Source of the DNA: Bacteroidales bacterium
GTDB taxonomy: Bacteria; Bacteroidota; Bacteroidia; Bacteroidales; UBA1402
Assembly (NCBI GenBank): GCA_017468435.1
Contig: JAFUIP010000002.1
Span: forward strand, 2,025 to 66,024
Reading direction: 5' to 3'
Length of the DNA stretch: 64,000 nucleotides
Part shown: piece by piece, positions 25,838 through 34,675 of the stretch
How positions within the stretch are numbered: the first letter of the stretch is position 1
Layout of the letters: each line of letters begins with the position of its first letter
The notes under the pieces: generated by a model
Databases searched by the model: none
What the model was told of the DNA's origin: nothing
What the model saw: only the letters and a program-made list of their open reading frames with translations
Position numbers and translations under genes: made by a program

Positions 25838-27664
25838 TTATTTTTTCAGTGGGATACTGTATACCAAGCCCATATTGAGATGAAGCTTATGGTTGAAAGC
25901 GTAAGACGGCGTAAAGGTAATAGCCAGGTTCTTGCTCAGACAGGCATGCACACGGGCTCCCAAAAGCAAGGATTGATCTTGCACAGAATATCCGCCATGA
26001 TCGTAATCTATACCGGAATATACGGCATAAGACACTTGCGGCGTCAGCATAAATGATTTACCCAGCGCAAAAGCATAACCTATTGTAAAATGATAATCTA
26101 CCTTGATGGGTTCTGCATAGAAACCGTAGGTATATTCCAGGTTGATACCCTTCCAATAGGCGCCCACACTCAAAGCGGCAGCGCCATCTAAGTTCATACA
26201 TTCCAAACCTCCGTTGGCCGAAACATAGAGCGACATATCGCGATACAACGAGGCTTTATCCAGTCTTTCAACACGAGGTTTTTCGGGCATCGCAGAGGGC
26301 TTTTCAGAAGGTTTTGCCGCGGGTTTCTCAGATTTTTCCGCAGCTTTCGCGGCAGATTTCGAGGCATCGGCTTTCTGCGAAGATTTCGAGGCATCGGCCT
26401 GCAAGCTCTGATTGATTTGCAGATTATCTCCGTGTTGCAAAGTAATTGACTGTGAATAAGACTGGTACTTATCCTTTTCTATGCGCAATGAATGTTCGCC
26501 TATGAGAATATTGTTCAACACCAAAGGCGTCTCGCCCATCAGTTTATCGTCTATATAAACATTGGCCAAGGCGGGAATAGATTTTATCTCCATGCTGGCA
26601 TACAGCGGCACAGGTTTTTTAATGGAAAATTCCTGCTCGGTAGGCGAACTGATCTGCACCAACTGCGTCATGGCCTTATGCGACTGACGACGAGTTTCCA
26701 CCTTGTATTGTCCCAATTCCAAAGCCACCTGACAAGAGCCTTTGCCTTGAAATTTTTCATCCACCCAGATTTCGCTTTCAGCATCTTCACACACAAAAGT
26801 AACTAGGGCAAAGTTGGGCTGCAATTGCAAATCGACAATGGTCTCCTGGTTGTCGCTGATGACGACATTTTGCTCAAAATCTTTGTATAAGGGCTTCATG
26901 ACACGCAACTGATAGCTGCCACTTTTCAAAGCTTCTGTTCTGAGCGGAGCTTGCCCCAAACGTTGCTGATTCAGAAAGACATAGGCGCCCTTAAACTCTT
27001 CTTCGGCATTGATTTGCAACCAACCGAAATTGGGCTTCAACTGAATATTCTTCACCACTTTTGCCTCAGCGTTCAAGTCGATCACGCCGGCCTCGCTATG
27101 ATAATTTTCGCTAGAAACACGATAAGTATGGCGGCCGTAAGGAAGGATGTCTGAAGCCACACCGGTTTCATCCACCAACAAAAGTTTATCATCTACCTCC
27201 ACCATTGCGTTAGCCGGTTCCACCTGAAAAACAATGGTTTGTTTAGCCAATGTATGATTCACGACGGTTTCCACTTGTCCGGTAGTAAGCACCATTTCGT
27301 AGGTTTTTGCCTTTTCGATGGGAATGGGGAAATAATAGTCGCGCAGCGTTCCCAGTTGCTGATGAAAAATAGACAATCGCTTGATGCCGTGCGGCACATA
27401 CAGCCAAATCTCTCCTACTCTCTGCTGCGTCTTGACAATTCCCACCATGCCGGCTTCGAAAGTGAATCCTTGAGTCGTGGTTGAAATCTTGATCAGCGCA
27501 GCCACTTCGCCATTGTGATCTCGCTCAAGCGTGCCATAGGTATTGGCTGTCAAATCGTTCTCGAGCAACCTGAATGAACTGACGCTGATATTCTGCGCCG
27601 AAATGAGCCCGACACAGAAAACAGTCATCAACACGCAGAAAAACTTTAATTTATTAATTATCAT
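25838..27664 (-). CDS. PEGA-domain protein with K/A/S-rich linker and C-terminal beta-barrel-like domain
   Basis: It has a signal peptide and several PEGA-like repeats (IKSIPALANVYIDDKLMGETPLVLNNILIGEHSLRIEK). The low-complexity stretch QADASKSSQKADASKSAAKAAEKSEKPAAKPSEKP includes an 18-nt DNA repeat, agatttcgaggcatcggc, present twice. The C-terminal ~150 aa consist of alternating beta-strand-like sequence. Confidence 0.75.
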   Translation of the reverse strand: MIINKLKFFCVLMTVFCVGLISAQNISVSSFRLLENDLTANTYGTLERDHNGEVAALIKISTTTQGFTFEAGMVGIVKTQQRVGEIWLYVPHGIKRLSIFHQQLGTLRDYYFPIPIEKAKTYEMVLTTGQVETVVNHTLAKQTIVFQVEPANAMVEVDDKLLLVDETGVASDILPYGRHTYRVSSENYHSEAGVIDLNAEAKVVKNIQLKPNFGWLQINAEEEFKGAYVFLNQQRLGQAPLRTEALKSGSYQLRVMKPLYKDFEQNVVISDNQETIVDLQLQPNFALVTFVCEDAESEIWVDEKFQGKGSCQVALELGQYKVETRRQSHKAMTQLVQISSPTEQEFSIKKPVPLYASMEIKSIPALANVYIDDKLMGETPLVLNNILIGEHSLRIEKDKYQSYSQSITLQHGDNLQINQSLQADASKSSQKADASKSAAKAAEKSEKPAAKPSEKPSAMPEKPRVERLDKASLYRDMSLYVSANGGLECMNLDGAAALSVGAYWKGINLEYTYGFYAEPIKVDYHFTIGYAFALGKSFMLTPQVSYAVYSGIDYDHGGYSVQDQSLLLGARVHACLSKNLAITFTPSYAFNHKLHLNMGLVYSIPLKK

Positions 27665-27675
27665 TTACTTATATA

Positions 27676-30609
27676 TTACAAATACGGTACATTCAAAATC
27701 ATTTCCACGCCGCTGCCTTCGGGTGCTTGGCTCAAGGTGGCGCGCAGACCGATGTTCAGGTTGAAATTGCTGCGGAGCGGATGCAGATTGAAAGAAAGTT
27801 CGACTCCTCCCGCGTAAAACTCTTGCTTGGCGGCTGCTTCCGGATCGGTTAAAGACCATCCGGCCAACATTCGTTCTGCAAAGAAATTGGTTTCCAAACG
27901 TTTAATGTATAGCAAACCGGGAATGGACAAGTCAAGATGCCAGGGGAAAGAATAATCTATTGCATTATAAACGCTCGATTGCGCAATGATGCCATCGAAT
28001 CCTCTCGTCTTCAACAAGGGATTTATCAACAATCTTGTGTCTTCGTTGAGATAATACTGTTGATGCGCAAAATGATAACTCAAATTGTCGTGAGGCAAGA
28101 TTCGTGTATGCGTACCGGCTTTCAGAGAAAAAAGAGCTTGAGAAGTGAAAAACAAATCCTTGCTGCGCGGTCGCATCCTCTGATAACTTGCACTGACATA
28201 CAAGGGTGATTTCAAATCGCGGATAGCCTTGTTCCTGCTCATTGAAGCTTGCAGTTGCCAAAGGAAAAATTGATAATATTTCTCGTATTGATGTTTGCTT
28301 TCGGAATACCAGGCGTTGTTGTCGAAATAATATTGAAACGAAGGAACGATGCTCGTCGAACCGGCCAAATGACTGAAACGCAATGGAATGTACGCCTGAA
28401 TGACGCCGTTCAAACCGGGTCGCGGCGCCGAGAACTGCCATTTATCTTTAATCAACATTCTGTCGTAGGCCGTTTCGTCGTTGTAATCGAGCGACATTGA
28501 AACAACAGGAAGCAATCCGCTGTAAGTGAAGCGCGCATGTGCCGCGTGATAGCCATCGTGATAGGAATAGCCCAATTGTCCGTAGGCCGTGCCCAAATCG
28601 TTTTGCGTAAACAGAGAAAAACCTGGCGCAACACTCTGATAATAGTAATGCGGATCGAAGGCAAGTAGCTGATCCTTATCGTAATACAAAGGAGCCCAAG
28701 AATGAAACTTGAACAAATGACTCAGCTTATGATAAGCGCGGGGTCGGCCGAAAGTTTCGGAGGCGGTTTTTTCTACTGAAGAATTGGCTGCGATTTCGGA
28801 TTCTTTCGCTTCGGCTTGCAGGATATCGTCTATGAGAAAATGGGCGGCATCGTCGAAGGAACTTGCTTGCAGACGAATATTCGTTTTCGGCAAACAGGCC
28901 GGAACATCGCCGGCAGAAGTATAATCGATAAAATACAAGGCATCATCCGTCATCAAAGGACAGGAAGCCGAAAAACGAGCCTTGGTTAGACGATTAACTT
29001 GTTTATTTTCAAGATTATATTCATAAATCTGCGTGCTGGCATCTATATCAGCGTCAAAGTACAAAGCGCCCTGATGATAGCTGAGATGCTGGAAAGTACG
29101 TTGCTGCGGAGGAATACAATTGCTGACAAGCCCGTTCTCCATATTCAAAACATCCAAGCGCAAACCCTCCTGATTCAAAACGCTGAAATACAGACAAGTA
29201 TCTCCGGCCCAGACCAATTCTTTTAACTCATCGTAGGCGGGCATGGTCAAAGCGAGCACTTCCTGCATATTGTCGGTACGGAGAATCAACAAGCGCGTTT
29301 TAGCTGTGACATCTGCCTCAACCATAGCCAAATAACGATTGTCCTTGGAGGGAGAAGGATGGTATAACAAACTTTTCTTCGTCAGGTACTTGGGCCAAAT
29401 TTTCACCTCGGAATGCGGCTTCAAGTCGTAAGAACAAAGCACCGAATACGACTGATGCTGCCAACGCGGATGTTGCTTCAGCTCCGTCCAATAAAGATGC
29501 GTGTCGCTGGCGCGCAAGGGCGAATTGACATTTCCCGTCAGGAAAAGCGTTTTAATCTTCTGGGTACGAGGATCGTAGTGAACAACACGAGAGGTCTGCG
29601 ACAGGCTGCTTTTCAAGAAAATAAAAGAACTGTCTTTCAACATAATCGGCGAAGAATAGGCCGCATAATCGCCTTTCGTTTGCAAGTTTTTCCATTGCGT
29701 CGGCGCATCGAAGACAGACAAAGAATCGGCTGCCCAATACTGGCGATAATACTGCTCGGATGACTCCCACAACTGCGTCAGCTTGTTGCCATAAACGCGC
29801 TGATATGCACGGCGATAGCGCAAAGGATGACGAGAAATTTCGTCGAAAACGGCAGCGTTCGCCTTGGAAGGATCTTCCAATCCGGCCTGGTTCATGGCTC
29901 GCGAAGCCGACCATTTGAGATAACCCAAAGCATATTCGTTGGGGATGTAATGTTTGTAGGAACCGAACTGCCATTTATCGTAAGAAAAGTCGATGGAATC
30001 GGCAAAATAAGCCCGATACGGCAAGAGAAAATCTGCCTGTCGTCCGCGTCCGCCGGCGCTATACTCGGTTTCGGCCATCACGGCATCGCCTTCGAAAAAT
30101 CCCGGCGACCACATATCGTAATAGGCAGCAGCCAATCCTTCCGACTGCTCACCAATAAGGTAATGCAAGCCTCGGAAAAAGCCATCGCCCGAGCGAAGCA
30201 TCTGCCCCACGTGACGGCCTTCGTGCAAAACCAAACTTCTGGCCCAAGGCAAATTGGAAACCTCCGGCGAAGGAATGGTGAAGAACTCCATGCGACGAGG
30301 CGTCCAGGCCACCATGGCATTGGCATTGGCCGAATAGGCATGCAGAATCACCGGAATCTTGGCCCGACGGGGCTTGGCATTCAAACCATCCAAAGAAGTG
30401 TAAACATCTTCCGACAAAAGCGTGGCATACTGATAGGCCAAAGAATCTTGTCCCTTTGGATAAATAATCTTGAAATCCTTGAGGTTCAACTGCGACCAGG
30501 AAAGCCTTGCCGGATCCTCGCCAGACATATAAAACTGCGCACGGGCACCGCTTACGAAAAAGCAGAGCCCGAGCATTATCATCAAAAATCTTTTCAAAGA
30601 GACTGTCAT
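27676..30609 (-). CDS. 977-aa envelope protein: N-terminal HExxH region, beta-propeller-like middle, Omp85-like C-terminal barrel (tentative)
   Basis: It has a signal peptide (MTVSLKRFLMIMLGLCFFVSGARAQ). LVLHEGRHVGQ is an HExxH motif (30211-30225). The middle has repetitive LYW/LYF beta-strand segments. The C-terminus (TRGFDG ... YIKRLETNFFAERMLAG ... AGGVELSFNLHPLRSNFNLNIGLRAT) resembles Omp85/surface-antigen barrels. This domain reading is my inference only. Confidence 0.5.
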   Translation of the reverse strand: MTVSLKRFLMIMLGLCFFVSGARAQFYMSGEDPARLSWSQLNLKDFKIIYPKGQDSLAYQYATLLSEDVYTSLDGLNAKPRRAKIPVILHAYSANANAMVAWTPRRMEFFTIPSPEVSNLPWARSLVLHEGRHVGQMLRSGDGFFRGLHYLIGEQSEGLAAAYYDMWSPGFFEGDAVMAETEYSAGGRGRQADFLLPYRAYFADSIDFSYDKWQFGSYKHYIPNEYALGYLKWSASRAMNQAGLEDPSKANAAVFDEISRHPLRYRRAYQRVYGNKLTQLWESSEQYYRQYWAADSLSVFDAPTQWKNLQTKGDYAAYSSPIMLKDSSFIFLKSSLSQTSRVVHYDPRTQKIKTLFLTGNVNSPLRASDTHLYWTELKQHPRWQHQSYSVLCSYDLKPHSEVKIWPKYLTKKSLLYHPSPSKDNRYLAMVEADVTAKTRLLILRTDNMQEVLALTMPAYDELKELVWAGDTCLYFSVLNQEGLRLDVLNMENGLVSNCIPPQQRTFQHLSYHQGALYFDADIDASTQIYEYNLENKQVNRLTKARFSASCPLMTDDALYFIDYTSAGDVPACLPKTNIRLQASSFDDAAHFLIDDILQAEAKESEIAANSSVEKTASETFGRPRAYHKLSHLFKFHSWAPLYYDKDQLLAFDPHYYYQSVAPGFSLFTQNDLGTAYGQLGYSYHDGYHAAHARFTYSGLLPVVSMSLDYNDETAYDRMLIKDKWQFSAPRPGLNGVIQAYIPLRFSHLAGSTSIVPSFQYYFDNNAWYSESKHQYEKYYQFFLWQLQASMSRNKAIRDLKSPLYVSASYQRMRPRSKDLFFTSQALFSLKAGTHTRILPHDNLSYHFAHQQYYLNEDTRLLINPLLKTRGFDGIIAQSSVYNAIDYSFPWHLDLSIPGLLYIKRLETNFFAERMLAGWSLTDPEAAAKQEFYAGGVELSFNLHPLRSNFNLNIGLRATLSQAPEGSGVEMILNVPYL

Positions 30610-30622
30610 CTGATTTTAATTA

Positions 30623-31846
30623 TTAATTGCCATCAGGTTTTTCAATTTCCACGAAATCGGAGGGAGACCAAATGAATTGTGCCGGATCGTCGGGATGAGC
30701 GGGATCGAAAGCGGCCACATCATCGCGAAGATACTGAAGCAAACCTACCTCTGCCTCGCGCATGCCTTCCACCACGCATTTGGCCACCTGATAGGCGCCA
30801 AAAGGATTGAAGTGCGTGTTGTCGGCCAAGTCTTTCGTCTGACCGGGCCATGTGCCTGCGGGATAATGCACAAACAGACATTTGGAGGCTTCCTCGCCAA
30901 AGGCTTCATACAAGGTGCGCGTCATGGCATGCAAATCTATCAAGGCAATGGAGTCTTGAGCGGCCAGGTCGCGTGTAGCTTGCGGAAAATCGAGATGCGT
31001 GTCTTGAATCTTGCCATCGGGACCGAAACTTCTGCGCTGCGTGGGCGTCACCAAAATGGGCGTCGCGCCTGCGGCGCGAGCTTCGTCGGCCATTTGTTTC
31101 ATGCTTTTCCAGAACGAAAGATAGGCACCCTTGCCTTCGCCTTTCTGCTTTTGGTCGTTGTGTCCGAATTCAATGATCACATAGTCACCGGGCTTTATCA
31201 TGGTCTTAATCTTCTTCCAACGCTTGGCCGCGATAAAGGTGTTGGCCGACTCGCCCGATTCGGCAAAATTGGCCACGCAAACCTGATGGTTGAAGAATCG
31301 CGGAATCATCTGTCCCCAGCTGCCCCAAGGCTCGTTGTCCTGATCGACCACGGTAGAGTTGCCACAAAGGAAAACCACGGGCACATCGGCCTTGGCCGGA
31401 CGTATAATGACGCGAGCCACTTGCGGATTGGCTCCGCTGAACTCCAGGTCGAGACAATCGTTCCAATTGAGTTTGCCGTATTCGCGTTTCTTCAGTCGAA
31501 CGCGCTCGTTTTCATTGATTTGCGGAGTACGTTTATGCACGCAGAAACGATAGCCTTTGAATTCACCTTCGGCCGTGTATTCGTTTTCTAAGAACAATCT
31601 TCTGGACTCGGCTCTCACTGTCGTCATACCTGCCTGTTTGCGGTTGCCCAAGAGAATCTGCACTTCGTAAACGCCGTCAGGCACGGGAACAGACAAACGT
31701 GTGCTGTCCATTCCCTTCTGACGGAAATCGTATTCTATCGGAAAAGGATTACGTTGCTTTTCTTGCTTCAAGGTAACAAAACTGATAACAATGATAACCA
31801 AGAGCCAAAAAACCGTAACCAGATATGTGACAGTGCTTTTCTTCAT
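30623..31846 (-). CDS. rhamnogalacturonan acetylesterase-like SGNH hydrolase (CE12-like) with N-terminal anchor and extra domain
   Basis: SGNH blocks: VVFLCGNSTVVDQ (block I), IIEFGHNDQK (block III) and DNTHFNPFGA (block V). It has an N-terminal TM segment. Confidence 0.8.
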   Translation of the reverse strand: MKKSTVTYLVTVFWLLVIIVISFVTLKQEKQRNPFPIEYDFRQKGMDSTRLSVPVPDGVYEVQILLGNRKQAGMTTVRAESRRLFLENEYTAEGEFKGYRFCVHKRTPQINENERVRLKKREYGKLNWNDCLDLEFSGANPQVARVIIRPAKADVPVVFLCGNSTVVDQDNEPWGSWGQMIPRFFNHQVCVANFAESGESANTFIAAKRWKKIKTMIKPGDYVIIEFGHNDQKQKGEGKGAYLSFWKSMKQMADEARAAGATPILVTPTQRRSFGPDGKIQDTHLDFPQATRDLAAQDSIALIDLHAMTRTLYEAFGEEASKCLFVHYPAGTWPGQTKDLADNTHFNPFGAYQVAKCVVEGMREAEVGLLQYLRDDVAAFDPAHPDDPAQFIWSPSDFVEIEKPDGN

Positions 31847-31851
31847 GATGC

Positions 31852-33468
31852 TTACTTACTGATGATGAAGTTTTCGGCTTCCAACCAACCGCTGTCGTTG
31901 GTAGATTTGGCGCGTGAGCAATAGAGACCCACCTTGGCACCTATCCATTTTCCTTCGCGGATTTCGAAAGGCTTACCGAAGGCTTGGTACTTCTTGCCGT
32001 CTTCGCTGTAATAGAATTGACATTGATTACCATTCTTGATGGCTACGCGCATGTAAATTTTATTGGTTGTCATGGGCTGACTGGCAATGAGTTCTTCCTT
32101 GCCGCCACGGTCGGCTTTCTTGCAGATGCGTTGGGTCAACATCAAGCCTTCGGCTGTTTGTTCGAGGCTGAGCACGCCGTAATCCATACCCATCACTACC
32201 AAACCGCCACGTTCGCCGATGGTCTTGGCGCGAGGAACGAATTTCACCAAAGAAGTTGCCTTCATATCGGGAGCAGGAATCTTCTGCATCAAAAGGTTGG
32301 TAGCATCCCAAAGCGTCTGGGCAGGCGCATGCCAATCGTCGGCAAACAGACGGATACGACCACCATCGCGAGGATCGATGTAATACCATTCGGGCTGCAC
32401 ATTACCATGCCATTGCCATTGCAAACCAAGAGCCACTTGGTCGAATTCGTCGCTTTCCTGAGGTGTGCAAACTACCGACTTCAAGCCTTTGGGTTTGTTA
32501 TATTTCATCACGGGTTCGCCTACACCATCGCCATCTTTGTCAACACCGATAACAGGCCAACCATCTTCGGTCCAAGTCATGGGATTCAAATGAATGATAC
32601 GGCCCACGGGACCAACATCCTGGAAGTGAATAAACCAATCTTCGCCTTCTGGCGTACGAACCCAACAACCTTGGTGAGGGCCATTGACGGGAGAATTACC
32701 CTGAGCCATCACGGTCTTGGCTTCCCAAGGACCCCAAGGATGATCGGCACGCAACACTTCTTGCCAACCGGTAGCCACGCCACCCGAAGGAGAGAAATTA
32801 TAGTAACGTCCTTTGTATTTGTACAGTTTGGTTCCTTCGATGGTAGGATTTTCTTCGTGTCCATCGTAAATGATGCGAGCTTGACCTATGGCCTGTGTAC
32901 CATCGTAGGTCATCTCGGTCATCAAGAGAACAGACTTCAAACCACGACGGCTACCTGCAAAAGCAAATGCCAACCAAGCCTTGCCATCTTCGTCCCAAAG
33001 CGGACTGGGATCGATAAAACCTTTGCCTTCTTTTACCATCACGGGCTTACTCCAAGGACCGCGGGCATCTTTGGCCTTTACCATGTAAATACCGAAATCG
33101 GGATCGCCCCAGTAGATGTAGAATTCATCGTTGTGATAACGGATAGCGGGCGCCCAAACGCCATTACCATGCTGAGGCAAAGTGAAATGATCTTCGGGAT
33201 ATTGCACGGGAAGTGCGTGGGAAATAATGGTCCAGTTGACCAAATCGGTAGAATACAAAATGGGCAGACCGGGCACACAGTTGAAACTTGAAGCCGTCAT
33301 GTAATAACCGTCAGGGCCGGCACAAACGCTTGGGTCTGAATAGTCTGCATAGATAATGGGATTCTGATACTTACCGCCACCGATATCGGCTTTCCAAACG
33401 GAAGATACATACTGCGCATTGAGCGTCAAAGTGGCCAATGCCAAACAAAAAAGCATTAATTTTTTCAT
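31852..33468 (-). CDS. glycoside hydrolase family 43 with C-terminal concanavalin-like domain
   Basis: It has a signal peptide, YADYSDPSVCAGPDGYYMTASSF, GVWAPAIRYH and IDPSPLWDEDGKAWL, which is the GH43 five-bladed propeller pattern. Confidence 0.9.
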   Translation of the reverse strand: MKKLMLFCLALATLTLNAQYVSSVWKADIGGGKYQNPIIYADYSDPSVCAGPDGYYMTASSFNCVPGLPILYSTDLVNWTIISHALPVQYPEDHFTLPQHGNGVWAPAIRYHNDEFYIYWGDPDFGIYMVKAKDARGPWSKPVMVKEGKGFIDPSPLWDEDGKAWLAFAFAGSRRGLKSVLLMTEMTYDGTQAIGQARIIYDGHEENPTIEGTKLYKYKGRYYNFSPSGGVATGWQEVLRADHPWGPWEAKTVMAQGNSPVNGPHQGCWVRTPEGEDWFIHFQDVGPVGRIIHLNPMTWTEDGWPVIGVDKDGDGVGEPVMKYNKPKGLKSVVCTPQESDEFDQVALGLQWQWHGNVQPEWYYIDPRDGGRIRLFADDWHAPAQTLWDATNLLMQKIPAPDMKATSLVKFVPRAKTIGERGGLVVMGMDYGVLSLEQTAEGLMLTQRICKKADRGGKEELIASQPMTTNKIYMRVAIKNGNQCQFYYSEDGKKYQAFGKPFEIREGKWIGAKVGLYCSRAKSTNDSGWLEAENFIISK

Positions 33469-33563
33469 AACGTAATTATTTATTTGATTCGATTTCTTCT
33501 AATTTTTCGCGCAAGAACTGAGCAAAAGGTTCGGCAAATTCCTTGCGTTTCAGAGCAACATAC

Positions 33564-34553
33564 TTATGAAATATAAGGTTTGATGACGCGGATATTCTTT
33601 TCTTTCATTTTCACCACCAGACGATGCAAAGTTTCTTCGTCGGGATACATGCCGATGATGGTGCCGCCCGATCCGGCAAACTTGGCTGAGACACCGCAAC
33701 TGCGGGCCAACTTCACCAACTCCATATTGTCGGGCGAAATCTTATAAATCTTGCAACGAAGGTCAAAATTCTTATTTATCAGTTGATTGAGTTTTTCTTT
33801 ATCGCCTTGCAAAATGGCTTGCTTGCCATCTTCGGCCACTTGGGCAATCTCGGCCATGGTGTCGCAAACCAAGGGGTCACCGGCTTCGAAACGTTCTTTG
33901 ATGGGATTATGCACAGCGCCGGAGACCTTGCTCAATGCGGTTTTGTAGGCGATATAGAAATTGGGAAGCAAACTCGGGTCTATGGCCTCGTAACGTCCTC
34001 TGTCGTTGGCCTGCATGAATTCTTTGTCGAAATCCATGAACACGCAACCTTCGTAGGCCTGAATGACGCGGTCTTGCAAACCGGCGGTAATGGCCAGTTC
34101 TTCGGTTTCTGCCTTCAACACCCAGGTTGGCAAGATTTCGAGAGGAATCTCCACTTCGAAAAACTGCATCAACGCCTTGAACGTGGCCGTGATGATGGCG
34201 CTCGAACCTGACAAACCCACCTGGCGAGGAATGGTGGTGCTGAAACGTATGGTAAAATTGCGGTAAGGCAAACGTATGCCCTGCTCCTGACAATAGTCGC
34301 AAAATTTCTTGATCGCGGCCTTCACCAAGCGCTTTCCGCCATAATAACCTGTTTTGGAAATAGTATCGGTAAAATGACGCAAATTCCTGAACGAATACTC
34401 CTCGTCTTCTTCTATGCGCAACTCAGGCGATTCGTACAGCAGCACGGTGGCACCGAAATTTCTGACAATGATGGAAATGGTCTTGCCAAAGAAGCCATCG
34501 GACGGATTACCCAAAAGGCCGGCTCTGGCAAATGCTCTTGTTTCAATAATCAT
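33564..34553 (-). CDS. GHMP-family sugar kinase, glucuronokinase-like
   Basis: GLLGNPSDGFFGKTIS, GYYGGKRL, IPRQVGLSGSSAII (GHMP motif II), AGLQDRVIQAYEGCVFMDF and KFAGSGGTII. From memory, the overall pattern is that of the plant GlcAK-type subfamily. Confidence 0.65.
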   Translation of the reverse strand: MIIETRAFARAGLLGNPSDGFFGKTISIIVRNFGATVLLYESPELRIEEDEEYSFRNLRHFTDTISKTGYYGGKRLVKAAIKKFCDYCQEQGIRLPYRNFTIRFSTTIPRQVGLSGSSAIITATFKALMQFFEVEIPLEILPTWVLKAETEELAITAGLQDRVIQAYEGCVFMDFDKEFMQANDRGRYEAIDPSLLPNFYIAYKTALSKVSGAVHNPIKERFEAGDPLVCDTMAEIAQVAEDGKQAILQGDKEKLNQLINKNFDLRCKIYKISPDNMELVKLARSCGVSAKFAGSGGTIIGMYPDEETLHRLVVKMKEKNIRVIKPYIS

Positions 34554-34611
34554 AATAATACCGAAAGTCTATTGTTATCCCAATTAATTGACAAAAATAC
34601 GGAAAAGCTTC

Positions 34612-34649
34612 CATAAAAAAACAAGTCCGGACTTAAAAAAGCCCGGACT
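34612..34649 (-). terminator. rho-independent terminator after the 1587-aa gene
   Basis: On the minus strand the sequence is AGTCCGG-GCTTTTTTAAGT-CCGGACT followed by TGTTTTTTT. The stems are 34643-34649 and 34624-34630. Confidence 0.65.
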
Positions 34650-34675
34650 CGCCCTATTTTAATGGTAAGCGTTGA

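Noticed and set aside
31984-33291. 435-aa plus-strand ORF opposite GH43, plus 30677-31591 opposite CE12.
   Set aside because: The minus-strand genes have clear GH43 and SGNH motifs. The plus-strand translations have no recognisable features.
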